Shown piece by piece: positions 11,283 through 24,312 of a DNA stretch of 64,000 bases; the first letter of the stretch is position 1; every line of letters begins with the position of its first letter. The stretch comes from an uncultured delta proteobacterium (GTDB lineage: Bacteria; Myxococcota; Myxococcia; Myxococcales; Myxococcaceae). The translations under genes were made by a program, and so were the position numbers. The notes beneath the pieces were generated by a model, which was not told where the DNA came from, did no database searches, and worked only from the letters and a program-made list of their open reading frames with translations. The DNA lies in the NCBI GenBank assembly GCA_963771175.1, contig CAVYSY010000003.1, positions 125,225 to 189,224 on the forward strand, in the 5' to 3' direction.

Positions 11283-12167
11283 ATGAGTCGCCCGCGCCTC
11301 CCCATGCTCCGCTCCCGCCTCTACCTCCTCGCCGCCGCCGTGCTCTGGTCCACGGCCGGTGCCGCCGTGAAGCTCTCCACCCTGTCGGCCTGGCAGCTCG
11401 CCTCCGGACGCTCCCTCGTCGCCGCGCTGGTGCTCGCGATCGCCCTCCCCGCTGGCCGCCGGCGCCTGTCCTGGCGAGGACTCGCGGCAGCGGTGGCCTA
11501 CGCCGCCACGGTGGTGCTCTTCATCCTCGCCAACAAGCTGACGACCTCGGCCAACGCCATCTTCCTGCAGGACACCGCGCCGCTCTACGTGCTGCTCCTG
11601 TCGCCGCTCCTGCTGCGCGAGCGCCCCTCTCGCAGTGAGCTGTCCGCCGTGCCCGTGTTCCTGCTCGGACTGAGCCTCTTCTTCCTCGACCAGCTCAACC
11701 CCGGGCAGTTCTGGGGCAATGTGATTGCCCTGGGCTCGGGCCTCGCCTTCGCCCTGTGCATCCTCGGGCTGCGCGCGGTGGGCGAGGAGGGCTCCGCGGT
11801 GCTGGTGTGGGGCAACCTCATCGCGGGTGCGAGCGTCCTGCTGCCCGCGCTCGGAGGCCCCAAGCCCTCGACGCTGGATATCGGGCTGGTCGTCTTCCTG
11901 GGCGTGTTCCAGCTCGGGCTGGCCTATACCCTCTTCCAGCGCGGTCTGCGCGAGACGCCCGCGGTGGAGGCCTCGCTGCTCATCCTGCTCGAGCCGGTGC
12001 TCAACCCCGTGTGGACCTTCCTCTTCGCCGGGGAGCGACCCGGCCCCTGGGCGCTGGTGGGAGGCACCATCATCCTGCTGGCCACGGCCTGGCGCACGCT
12101 GCTGGGCTCCGGGAGCCGCAACGCGTCCTCGACGGGCGAGACCCCGGCGCGTGAAGGAACGGGTTGA
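11283..12167 (+). CDS. EamA/DMT family transporter
   Basis: About 10 hydrophobic segments; LLWSTAG-like start, ANAIFLQ, LLEPVLNPVW. Confidence 0.9.
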   Translation: MSRPRLPMLRSRLYLLAAAVLWSTAGAAVKLSTLSAWQLASGRSLVAALVLAIALPAGRRRLSWRGLAAAVAYAATVVLFILANKLTTSANAIFLQDTAPLYVLLLSPLLLRERPSRSELSAVPVFLLGLSLFFLDQLNPGQFWGNVIALGSGLAFALCILGLRAVGEEGSAVLVWGNLIAGASVLLPALGGPKPSTLDIGLVVFLGVFQLGLAYTLFQRGLRETPAVEASLLILLEPVLNPVWTFLFAGERPGPWALVGGTIILLATAWRTLLGSGSRNASSTGETPAREGTG

Positions 12168-12169
12168 GG

Positions 12170-12457
12170 TTCCGCTCGTCACCGGTGACGAGTGAAACGC
12201 TCCGGGCCCCATTCCGCTTGTCACCGGTGACCAGTGAAACCCACCGGAGCCCCATTCCGCTTGTCACCGGTGACCAGTGAAACCCACCGGAGCCCCATTC
12301 CGCTTGTCACCGGTGACCAGTGAAACCCACCGGAGCCCCATTCCGCTTGTCACCGGTGACCAGTGAAACCCACCGGCCCCATTCCGCTTGTCACCGGTGA
12401 CAAGTGAAACGCTCCGGCTCCATTCCGCTCGTCACCGGTGACGAGTGAAACGCTCCG
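12170..12457. repeat. Tandem array of 7 palindromic 41-43 bp units (REP-like)
   Basis: Unit TTCCGCT(C/T)GTCACCGGTGAC(G/C/A)AGTGAAAC...CCA starts at 12170, 12212, 12255, 12298, 12341, 12382 and 12423; lies between convergent genes. Confidence 0.95.
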
Positions 12458-12497
12458 AAGCAGCACCACCGCTGCACTTTTGCGCCCCGCGTAGCAG

Positions 12498-12520
12498 GAG
12501 TGCCCCAAAACGGGGCACTC
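12498..12520. terminator. Stem-loop, possible terminator
   Basis: GAGTGCCCC-aaaac-GGGGCACTC, perfect 9 bp stem just downstream of the monooxygenase stop. Confidence 0.5.
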
Positions 12521-12531
12521 TGGCTGGGGGC

Positions 12532-14220
12532 TCAGCCCGCGACCCGCGCTCCCGTACTCGCCTGGGGACTCGTCGGCGGGCCCAGGCGCCGGGCGAGCTC
12601 CGCTTCGAGTCGCTTCGGCTCGATGGGCCTCTCGCGGTGCCCCACGTACCCGTCGGGCCGTACCAGGTAGAAGCACTCCGCCCCGGCACCGAAGCGGCGA
12701 TGCACCGCACCGCTCTCGTCGGCCAGCACGAAGGGGCCCGGCGTCGCCTCACCCGCCACCACCACGCGCGCCTTCAGCAGCGGCCCATACGCCTCCTCGA
12801 GCCGACGAGCGAGCGCCACCAGCTCGCTCCGCGCCTTCGCCTCGGGCGTCAGGCCGATGAACAGCAGCAGCGTATGCTGGGGCCCGCGCAGGACCTCGTG
12901 CAGGCGCGTCACTCCCTCGCCCTTCACTGGCAGCTCCGGCACGTACTCCCCGGGCGCGGGCCCCTCCTCCAACCGCACCCCGCCGGCCTCCTCGCCCCAG
13001 ATGCGCTCGGTGGAGAGCGGGCTGTTCCGGTAATGGATGGCGAGCTGGGAGACGAAACGCGTCATCCGTCGCTGCGCGAAACGGCTCCCGAGCACGCGCC
13101 GGGCGATGCGGGGCACCACGTACGCGCGCAGCAGCCGCGCGGCCGTGCCTCCTCGGGCCAACATGCCGAACAGCCGGTCCGTGCCCTCCAGCAGCTTCTG
13201 CCCTACCGGGTGCCGCTCCTGCTCGTACGTGTCGAGCAACGACTCCGGCGCGTGCCCCCGGCTCACCAGCGCCAGCTTCCACGCGAGGTTGTAGGCGTCC
13301 TGGATGCCCGTGTTCATCCCCTGCCCGCCCGCGGGGCTGTGGATGTGCGCGGAGTCCCCCGCGAGGAACACGTGCCCCTGGCGGTAGTGAGGCACTCCCC
13401 GGCGGTGGAGCCGATAGCGGGTCATCCAGCGCGGCTCGCTCAGGCGGGTGGGCACCGGCACCATGCGGTCCACCAATGCCTGCATCTCCTCCAGCGTGAA
13501 GGGCGCCGTCTCGTCACCTTCCGGGAGCATGTCGCGAGGCATGACGGCGAACAGCCGGAAGCGGCGCTCCCCCGGCATGGGGAAGGCCGCCATCACGCCC
13601 CGGGTGGACGGGATGAGGCACAGCTCGCCCTGCCCCAGCGACCACTCCACGTGCACGTCCGCCAGCACGCATGCATCGTCGTAGGTCTCGCCCTCGAAGG
13701 GGATGCCGGCGCCCTTGCGCACCCGGCTGCGCGCACCATCACACCCCAGCAACCAGCGCGCCCTCACCCGCTCCACCTGCCCGTCCGCGCGCTTCAGCGT
13801 GGCCTCCACGCCGCCCGCCTCCTGCCGGAAGTCCTCCAACGCCAGGCCCCGCTCCACCTTCACGCCGAACGTGCCCAGGTGCTCGGTGAGCAGCGCCTCG
13901 GTGGCGTCCTGCGGGAGCATGAGCATGAAGGGGAAGCGAGTCTCCAGCCAGGAGAAGGCCTGCATGGGCACTCGCGCGCGCGTGCCTCCAGGGCCCACCA
14001 CGTTGAGGGCCTCGACCTTGCGTCCCAGCTCGACGGCCCGGTCGGCGATGCCGAGGTCATCGAAAACCTCGAGCGTGCGCGCCTGCACCACCAGCGCACG
14101 CGACAGCACCGAGGGTGCCTCGAGCTGCTCCACGATGCGGCACCGCAATCCATGCCGAGCCAGCTCCGCGGCCATCGTCAGGCCCGTCGGGCCGGCGCCC
14201 ACCACGAGTGCGTCCACCAT
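12532..14220 (-). CDS. FAD-dependent monooxygenase (PheA/TfdB/RdmE-like)
   Basis: VVGAGPTGL, GCDGARSRVR, LAGDSAHIHSPAGGQGMNTGIQDA, LVRPDGYV. Confidence 0.93.
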   Translation of the reverse strand: MVDALVVGAGPTGLTMAAELARHGLRCRIVEQLEAPSVLSRALVVQARTLEVFDDLGIADRAVELGRKVEALNVVGPGGTRARVPMQAFSWLETRFPFMLMLPQDATEALLTEHLGTFGVKVERGLALEDFRQEAGGVEATLKRADGQVERVRARWLLGCDGARSRVRKGAGIPFEGETYDDACVLADVHVEWSLGQGELCLIPSTRGVMAAFPMPGERRFRLFAVMPRDMLPEGDETAPFTLEEMQALVDRMVPVPTRLSEPRWMTRYRLHRRGVPHYRQGHVFLAGDSAHIHSPAGGQGMNTGIQDAYNLAWKLALVSRGHAPESLLDTYEQERHPVGQKLLEGTDRLFGMLARGGTAARLLRAYVVPRIARRVLGSRFAQRRMTRFVSQLAIHYRNSPLSTERIWGEEAGGVRLEEGPAPGEYVPELPVKGEGVTRLHEVLRGPQHTLLLFIGLTPEAKARSELVALARRLEEAYGPLLKARVVVAGEATPGPFVLADESGAVHRRFGAGAECFYLVRPDGYVGHRERPIEPKRLEAELARRLGPPTSPQASTGARVAG

Positions 14221-14263
14221 GGACACGCACGTTGGCACAAGCGGCGGGAAGCACCCAGCCTGC

Positions 14264-15355
14264 TCAGCCGATGTCGACGCCGTGGCCGGCCTGCACGTGC
14301 CCGATGTCGATCCGCCCGTCCTGCATCCGCAGGCCCCCGCGGAAGGTGTGTTCCCGAATGAACAGGTGCGTATCCAGGTCCGCGTAGTCGAAGCCGCCCA
14401 GCCCGGCGGCGAAGTGCGCGGCGCTGCTCATGGCGAGGACGCTCTCCACCATGCCCCCCATCATCAACTCCATCCCCGAGGCGCGCGCCAGGTTCCACAT
14501 GGCCAGGGACTCCACCACGCCACTCTTCATCAGCTTGAGGTTGACGCCGTGCGCGCCACCCTCGCGAGCCAGGCGCAGCACGTCCTGGGCGGTGCGAGCC
14601 GACTCGTCCGCGCAGATGGGCACCCGGGACGAGCGCGTCAGCTCGGCCATGCCCTCCCAGTCCTCGCGAGGCACGGGCTGCTCGAAGAGCGCCAGGGGGA
14701 TGCCGGCGGCCTCCAGCCCCGAGAGGAAGGTGCGCGCCTGCGCCACGGTGTAGCCGCCGTTGGCATCCGCGAACAGCCGCGCGCCCGGAGCTTCCCGCCG
14801 GATGACCACCATGCGCCGCACGTCCTCCTCCGCCGACAGCGCGCCCACCTTCACCTTGAGGGTGCGGATGCCGCGAGCGACGATGGCTCGGGCCGACGAG
14901 GCCGCGTGCGCCTCGTCACCGGCCGTCACCGTCATGTCGATGTCCAGCCCGGTGCCCGTTCCGCCGAAGAAGGTGAACAGCGGCATCCGGTAGTGGCGGC
15001 CCAGGGCGTCCAGCAGCGCCAGCTCGAGACCACAGCGCGCGGAGGGAGCGCCCGGGAGGGCCTCGCCGAGCCACGTACCGATGGGGCGCCAGGCGCGTGC
15101 GTCCCGACCGAGCAGCGCCTCGCGTACGGAGGCGATGGCCTCGAGCGTGCTGGCCTGCGTCTCGCCAGACACGGCCGTGAGGGGAGCCGACTCGCCCAGG
15201 CCCACCGTCCCGTCCGCCAGCGTCAAGCGCAGCAGGACGTTGTTCGCCATGTCCGGCGCACCCGTGGCAATGGCGAAGGGCTCGGTGAGGGCCAGGTCCA
15301 GCGGCTCGACGTGCAGGTCGGTGATGGTGGTGGGGAGCATGGAGGGGTCGGTCAT
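14264..15355 (-). CDS. Dipeptide epimerase (L-Ala-D/L-Glu epimerase-like, enolase superfamily)
   Basis: PFAIATG, GLGES, KVKVG, DANGGY, EQP, ADES, NLKLMKSG, DLD. Confidence 0.9.
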   Translation of the reverse strand: MTDPSMLPTTITDLHVEPLDLALTEPFAIATGAPDMANNVLLRLTLADGTVGLGESAPLTAVSGETQASTLEAIASVREALLGRDARAWRPIGTWLGEALPGAPSARCGLELALLDALGRHYRMPLFTFFGGTGTGLDIDMTVTAGDEAHAASSARAIVARGIRTLKVKVGALSAEEDVRRMVVIRREAPGARLFADANGGYTVAQARTFLSGLEAAGIPLALFEQPVPREDWEGMAELTRSSRVPICADESARTAQDVLRLAREGGAHGVNLKLMKSGVVESLAMWNLARASGMELMMGGMVESVLAMSSAAHFAAGLGGFDYADLDTHLFIREHTFRGGLRMQDGRIDIGHVQAGHGVDIG

Positions 15356-15370
15356 ATCTTGAGGAACCCT

Positions 15371-16126
15371 TCAGCGCAGCAGTCGCTCGAAGGTGACCAC
15401 CTTCAGAGCCACGAAGGTGGCCACCGCCGAGCCCACGGCGAACAGTCCCGAGAGCAACAACGAGGTCAGGATGGAGCCCGGCACCGCCAGCACGACGAAG
15501 AAGCAGAGGAGGATGGTGGGGCCGATGAGCAGCCCGTTGATGTTGTTGGAGGTGCGGAAGTCGCGCGCCAGCAGGCTGACGAGCAGCGCGGTGGTGGTGG
15601 AAAAGGTCAGCGACGTCAGCAGCACCGCGAGGAGCGCCATCACGAAGCCGGGCGAGCCCACACCCAGCGCGAGGATGAGCACCGCGTCGAAGGAGAAGAG
15701 GACCAGCGTGACGAGCGAGGCCAGCGCGAGCAGGGCCAGCAGCTTGGCGAGGAGAATCTGTCCCACGCGCACCGGGAGCGCCACCAGCAGCTCGAGCGTG
15801 CGCGACTCGCGCTCGGTGATGAGGGTGTAGCTGGCCGTCACCGAGGGCACGATGAGCCCGCCGAGCGCGATGAACGGCACCATCATGGCCCGCATCATCG
15901 CCACGGGGTCCTCCGTCAGTTCCCGGAGCCCTCGGGGCAGCACCACACCGGGCGGGAGGTTCATCCCCGGCTGCACCCCACCGGCCTTCATCCCGAGCAT
16001 CTGCAACCCCGGGATGACGACCAGCAGCAACAGCGGCAGCAACAGCGCCGTCACCATCGCGCCCCGGCTGCGCAGCAACTGGCGCCACTCCTTGCCGAAG
16101 AGGATCCGCACCTCACGCGCGAGCAT
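15371..16126 (-). CDS. ABC-2 type transporter permease
   Basis: KEWRQL, ERESRTLELLVALPV, ILLAK; about 6 TM segments. Confidence 0.88.
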   Translation of the reverse strand: MLAREVRILFGKEWRQLLRSRGAMVTALLLPLLLLVVIPGLQMLGMKAGGVQPGMNLPPGVVLPRGLRELTEDPVAMMRAMMVPFIALGGLIVPSVTASYTLITERESRTLELLVALPVRVGQILLAKLLALLALASLVTLVLFSFDAVLILALGVGSPGFVMALLAVLLTSLTFSTTTALLVSLLARDFRTSNNINGLLIGPTILLCFFVVLAVPGSILTSLLLSGLFAVGSAVATFVALKVVTFERLLR

Positions 16127-17069
16127 CGTTGGCCCCCACGACATCCAGGAAGAGGTCCTCGAGGCTCGGAGTCACCACCCGGCACTCGTAGACGTTGAGA
16201 CCCGCGGCGAGCAGCCGGCGCAGCAACTCAGGAGCCTGGGCCACCGCGTCCGCCACGTGGACCCGCACCGCGTCCTCCTCGCGCGTGGACGAGCGGCCCT
16301 GCGCGGTGAGGGCTTCGGCCAGCCGCTCGGGGCCCTCGGCGGCACGCAGCACGAGCACCGGTTGAATCCGCTGGCGCAGGGTGGCGATGCGCTCGTGCAG
16401 CAGCACCCGACCCTGGCGGAGGATGACCGCGCTCTCACAGAGCGCCTCGGCCTCGGCCAGGTTGTGCGTGCACAGCAGTACCGTGCGGCCGGGCATCACC
16501 TTGCGCAGGAAGGTGTGCACCTCGCGCGTGGCGACGGGATCCAACCCCACCGTGGGCTCGTCCAGCAGCAGCACCTCCGGCGAGGAGACGAGCGCGGCGG
16601 CCATGGACAGCCGGCGCTGCATGCCCCCGGACAGCTCGGCCATGCGCCGCGCGCGGAAGGGCCCCAGACCGAAGGCCTCCACCACCTCGGGGATGTTCCC
16701 GGAGCCGTACAGGTCGCGCACCAGCCGGAGGTAGTCATCCACCGTGAGGTCCCGGTACATGCCCGGCGATTGGGGGACGATGCCCACGCGCCGCTTGGCC
16801 AGGAGGAAGTCGGGCTCCTCGACGCCGAGCCCGAAGAGGCGCACCTGCCCGGAGGAGGGCCGGAGCGCACCGGTGAGCAGGCGGATGAGGGTCGTCTTCC
16901 CCGCTCCGTTGGGGCCGAGCAGGCACGCCCGCTCCCCTGGCGAAATCCTGAAGCTGACCTGTTCGAGCGCCTGGACGCCCCCGGGGTACACCTTGGTGAC
17001 CTCGGAGACTTCCAGCGGCGCGTGGGCATTTTCCGCCAAGCGGGCGTCCTCCGGCTGAGTGGCGGACAT
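16113..17069 (-). CDS. ABC transporter ATP-binding protein
   Basis: GPNGAGKTT, LSGGMQRR, LLLDEPTVGLD, SLEDLF. Confidence 0.93.
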   Translation of the reverse strand: MSATQPEDARLAENAHAPLEVSEVTKVYPGGVQALEQVSFRISPGERACLLGPNGAGKTTLIRLLTGALRPSSGQVRLFGLGVEEPDFLLAKRRVGIVPQSPGMYRDLTVDDYLRLVRDLYGSGNIPEVVEAFGLGPFRARRMAELSGGMQRRLSMAAALVSSPEVLLLDEPTVGLDPVATREVHTFLRKVMPGRTVLLCTHNLAEAEALCESAVILRQGRVLLHERIATLRQRIQPVLVLRAAEGPERLAEALTAQGRSSTREEDAVRVHVADAVAQAPELLRRLLAAGLNVYECRVVTPSLEDLFLDVVGANDARA

Positions 17070-17167
17070 ACGCGGGCGGGCGTCAGCCATCAATCCCGAA
17101 CGAGGGAGCGCCGGCCCGGCCTTGCATCCGACCCCGAGCGTGGGCAAGAGCAGTCTGGGTCCGCACC

Positions 17168-17596
17168 ATGAATCCGTTCCCCTGGCCACAGCACCTACCG
17201 GAGCCCAGGTGGCTCAAGGGCACTCCCGCCGCGCCCACGGAGGAGAAGCCCGCCGAGCAGGCCGAGGAGGAGACCGAGGCACGCAACCCGGAGACTCCGC
17301 TGTGCTGCGCGCACTGCGGCCACGTCATCACCCGCGAGCGCCACCGCACCACGGTCAACGGCCGCCACACACACACCCGCGTCAACCCGTCCGGCTTCGT
17401 CTTCCACTTCGGCTGCTTCGCCCGGGCCGAGGGCTGTCTCGTCCACGGCCCGCCCACGGCGGAGGCGAGCTGGTTCCCGGGCTTCGTCTGGGAATACGCC
17501 CGGTGCGCCGTCTGCAAGACGCACCTGGGCTGGGCCTTCCACGGCGAGAGCGACTTCCTCGGGCTGGTGCTGGACCGCCTCACCGCCCCGAACTGA
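17168..17596 (+). CDS. Cereblon-family (CULT domain) zinc protein
   Basis: CAHC...CAVC zinc pairs; NPSGFVF; SWFPGFVW...HLGWAF tri-tryptophan pocket pattern. Confidence 0.88.
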   Translation: MNPFPWPQHLPEPRWLKGTPAAPTEEKPAEQAEEETEARNPETPLCCAHCGHVITRERHRTTVNGRHTHTRVNPSGFVFHFGCFARAEGCLVHGPPTAEASWFPGFVWEYARCAVCKTHLGWAFHGESDFLGLVLDRLTAPN

Positions 17597-18752
17597 GTGC
17601 CGCCAACGCGGCCGCCATCACCCGCTTGAGCGGCACTCCGGCGGCCTCGGCCACCTTGCGGCAGTCCTCGAACTCGGGGTGGGCGTTGAGCACCACGCCG
17701 TTGCGCAGGCCGCGCTTGACCCGCACCTTGCCCCACGGCGTCTCCACCTCCACCCAGTCCCGCTCCAGCGCCGTGCGCTCCACACGGTAGGAGCGAACCC
17801 CGAGCGTGGTGGACTCGCGCAACAGCGTGTCCACCAACATCTCCTTCGCGCCTCCGTCCACCAGCGCGCCCAGCAGGTGCCCCGGCCGGGCCTTCTTCAT
17901 CGTCACGGGAGTCACCCAGGCGTCCAGCGCCCCCGAGCCCAGCAGGAGCTCGAGGAGGTAGCCGAGGAGCTGCGGTGTGCTGTCATCCAGGTTGGCCTCC
18001 ACCACCCAGAGTCCCTCGGCCCGCGCCTCGGCCCGGCCCATGGACGCGCGCAGCACATTGGGCCGGTCCCGGAAGTCCTTGGTGCCCACGCCGTAGCCGA
18101 TGCGCTCGATGATGAAGTCCGGCGGCGGCTGGCCGATGCGCGACAGCACCTTCAGCAGCGCCGCGCCCGTGGGCGTCGTCAGCTCACCCACGCCCTCGAA
18201 GCGCACCGGCACGTCCCGGAGCAGCTCCATCGTGGCCGGCACGGGGATGGGCATGTTCCCGTGTGCCACCCGGATGGTGCCGCTGCCCAGCGGCGGGGGC
18301 GCCGCGTACACCTCGGGGTCGCCCAGCAGGTCCAACACCACCGCCGCCCCGCAGATGTCCACGATGGAGTCCACCGCCCCCACCTCGTGGAAGTGGATGG
18401 CGTCGATGGACACCCCGTGCACCTTCGCCTCGGCCTCGCCGATGGCCCGGAACACGGCCAGGGCCCGCTCCTTCGCGCGGGGCGAGAGCGTGGGCGCCGC
18501 CTCGATGAGCTGGCGGATGTCCGAGTATGCCCGGTGCGGGTGCGCCTCGCGCTCGTCCAGCACCACGTCCAGGTGCGTGCCGCTGATGGCGTGCCGCACC
18601 GCGCGGCTCACCGCCAACTTCCAGCCCGGCACCTGCAATCCGCTCAGGGCCTGTGAGATGGCTTCCGGCGACACGCCGAGGTCCACGCCCGCCGCCAGGA
18701 ACATGTCCCCGGCGATACCGCCCACGGGCTCCAGGTAGAGAATCTTGCGCAT
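17580..18752 (-). CDS. larC: Nickel pincer cofactor nickel insertase LarC
   Basis: GIAGDMFL, AEAKVHG, HFHEVGAVDSIVD, GELTTPTGAA, MKKARPG, ESTTLGVR, PEFEDC. Confidence 0.95.
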   Translation of the reverse strand: MRKILYLEPVGGIAGDMFLAAGVDLGVSPEAISQALSGLQVPGWKLAVSRAVRHAISGTHLDVVLDEREAHPHRAYSDIRQLIEAAPTLSPRAKERALAVFRAIGEAEAKVHGVSIDAIHFHEVGAVDSIVDICGAAVVLDLLGDPEVYAAPPPLGSGTIRVAHGNMPIPVPATMELLRDVPVRFEGVGELTTPTGAALLKVLSRIGQPPPDFIIERIGYGVGTKDFRDRPNVLRASMGRAEARAEGLWVVEANLDDSTPQLLGYLLELLLGSGALDAWVTPVTMKKARPGHLLGALVDGGAKEMLVDTLLRESTTLGVRSYRVERTALERDWVEVETPWGKVRVKRGLRNGVVLNAHPEFEDCRKVAEAAGVPLKRVMAAALAALSSGR

Positions 18753-18768
18753 GATGGGTACTCCCACC

Positions 18769-19521
18769 TCAGCGACGGCCCCGCGTGCGCGAGATGAGCG
18801 CCGCGTAGAAGCCGCCACCGAAGCCGTTGTCGATGTTCATCGTCGCGACGTTGGAGGCGCACGAATTCACCATCGCCAGCAGCGCGGACACGCCGCCGAA
18901 GTTGGCCCCGTACCCCACGGACGTCGGCACCGCCACCACGGGGATGCCCACCAGCCCGCCCAACGCGCTCGCCAGCGCGCCCTCCATGCCGGCGACCACC
19001 ACCGCCGCGTGCGCGTCTTGAATCTCCTCGCGACGCCGCAGCAGCCGGTGGATGCCCGCCACCCCGACGTCGTACACGCGCTTCACCGTGGCGCCCATGG
19101 CCTCCGCGGTGATGGCCGCCTCCTCCGCCACGGGGATGTCACTGGTGCCCGCGGTCACCACCGCCACCTTGCCCGCCTTCGGCTTGCCCTGCTTCAAGTG
19201 GAAGATGCGCGCCACGGGGTGGTACTGGCCCTTGGGGAAGGCGGCCAGCAGGGCCTCGGCCTTCTCCGGCTGCAGCCGGGTCACCAGCACCGTCTGCTTG
19301 CGCTCCACCAGCGCGCCCACGATGCCCATCACCTGCTCCGCCGTCTTCGGTTCACCCAGCACCACTTCCGGGAAGCCGAAACGCAGGCTGCGGTGGGTGT
19401 CCAGGGTGGCATAGCCGAGCTCGGCGAACGGCAGGTCCTTGAGCCGGCCCACGGCGTCATCCACGGAGACCTTGCCGCCCTTCACCTGTTCGAGCAATCG
19501 GGTGAGCGTCTTCTCGTCCAT
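18769..19521 (-). CDS. larB: Nickel pincer cofactor biosynthesis protein LarB (PurE-like)
   Basis: TAGTSDIPVAEEA, DVGVAGIHRL, VAGMEGAL, AVPTSVGYG, NIDNGFGG. Confidence 0.95.
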   Translation of the reverse strand: MDEKTLTRLLEQVKGGKVSVDDAVGRLKDLPFAELGYATLDTHRSLRFGFPEVVLGEPKTAEQVMGIVGALVERKQTVLVTRLQPEKAEALLAAFPKGQYHPVARIFHLKQGKPKAGKVAVVTAGTSDIPVAEEAAITAEAMGATVKRVYDVGVAGIHRLLRRREEIQDAHAAVVVAGMEGALASALGGLVGIPVVAVPTSVGYGANFGGVSALLAMVNSCASNVATMNIDNGFGGGFYAALISRTRGRR

Positions 19522-19694
19522 GCGCGCCCCTGTACCGCACTGTGGGGGGCGGAGGAATGAGGAGAGTGCGAAACCTGCTCCCCGGGGGCCTGCCCGCCAT
19601 GTGAGGGGGCAGGCCCTCCCGGGTGGGAGAGGGCACGAGGGCCGGCCGAGCAAGCCCGGCCCCCGTACCCGACTACGAGGAACGACGGGACTCG

Positions 19695-23955
<4,261 letters not shown>

Positions 23956-24312
23956 TCGGTACACCTTCTTCCGCGAACCAGCCATCCCGGAACGGAACGG
24001 CCGACACACCCGTTGGAGCCGGAGGGAGACACCTCGGCGCGACCGCCTCGAGAGGCCGCGGTCCCGCCGGAGCATCCAGCAACGTATAACAGAGTGGCTC
24101 CAGGGCGTTCACCGGGGGCGACCCGAATTCAGGTAGCCCCGCCCCATCTCGCTCCACGGACGCCGTACGCGATTTGGGACTCCTTCCCATGAGGTCGTGC
24201 GCCACAAGGATGCGATCTGACAGGAGAGAGTGGCTGGCCCAGGGATTGCGATGCCCGGGTCGGCCTCACTCCATTGGCCGCACCTGAATCAGCACAAGCA
24301 AAGGACACAGCG

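Noticed and set aside
12170..12457. CRISPR array
   Set aside because: Inter-repeat segments are only about 12-14 bp and nearly identical; no cas genes in the window
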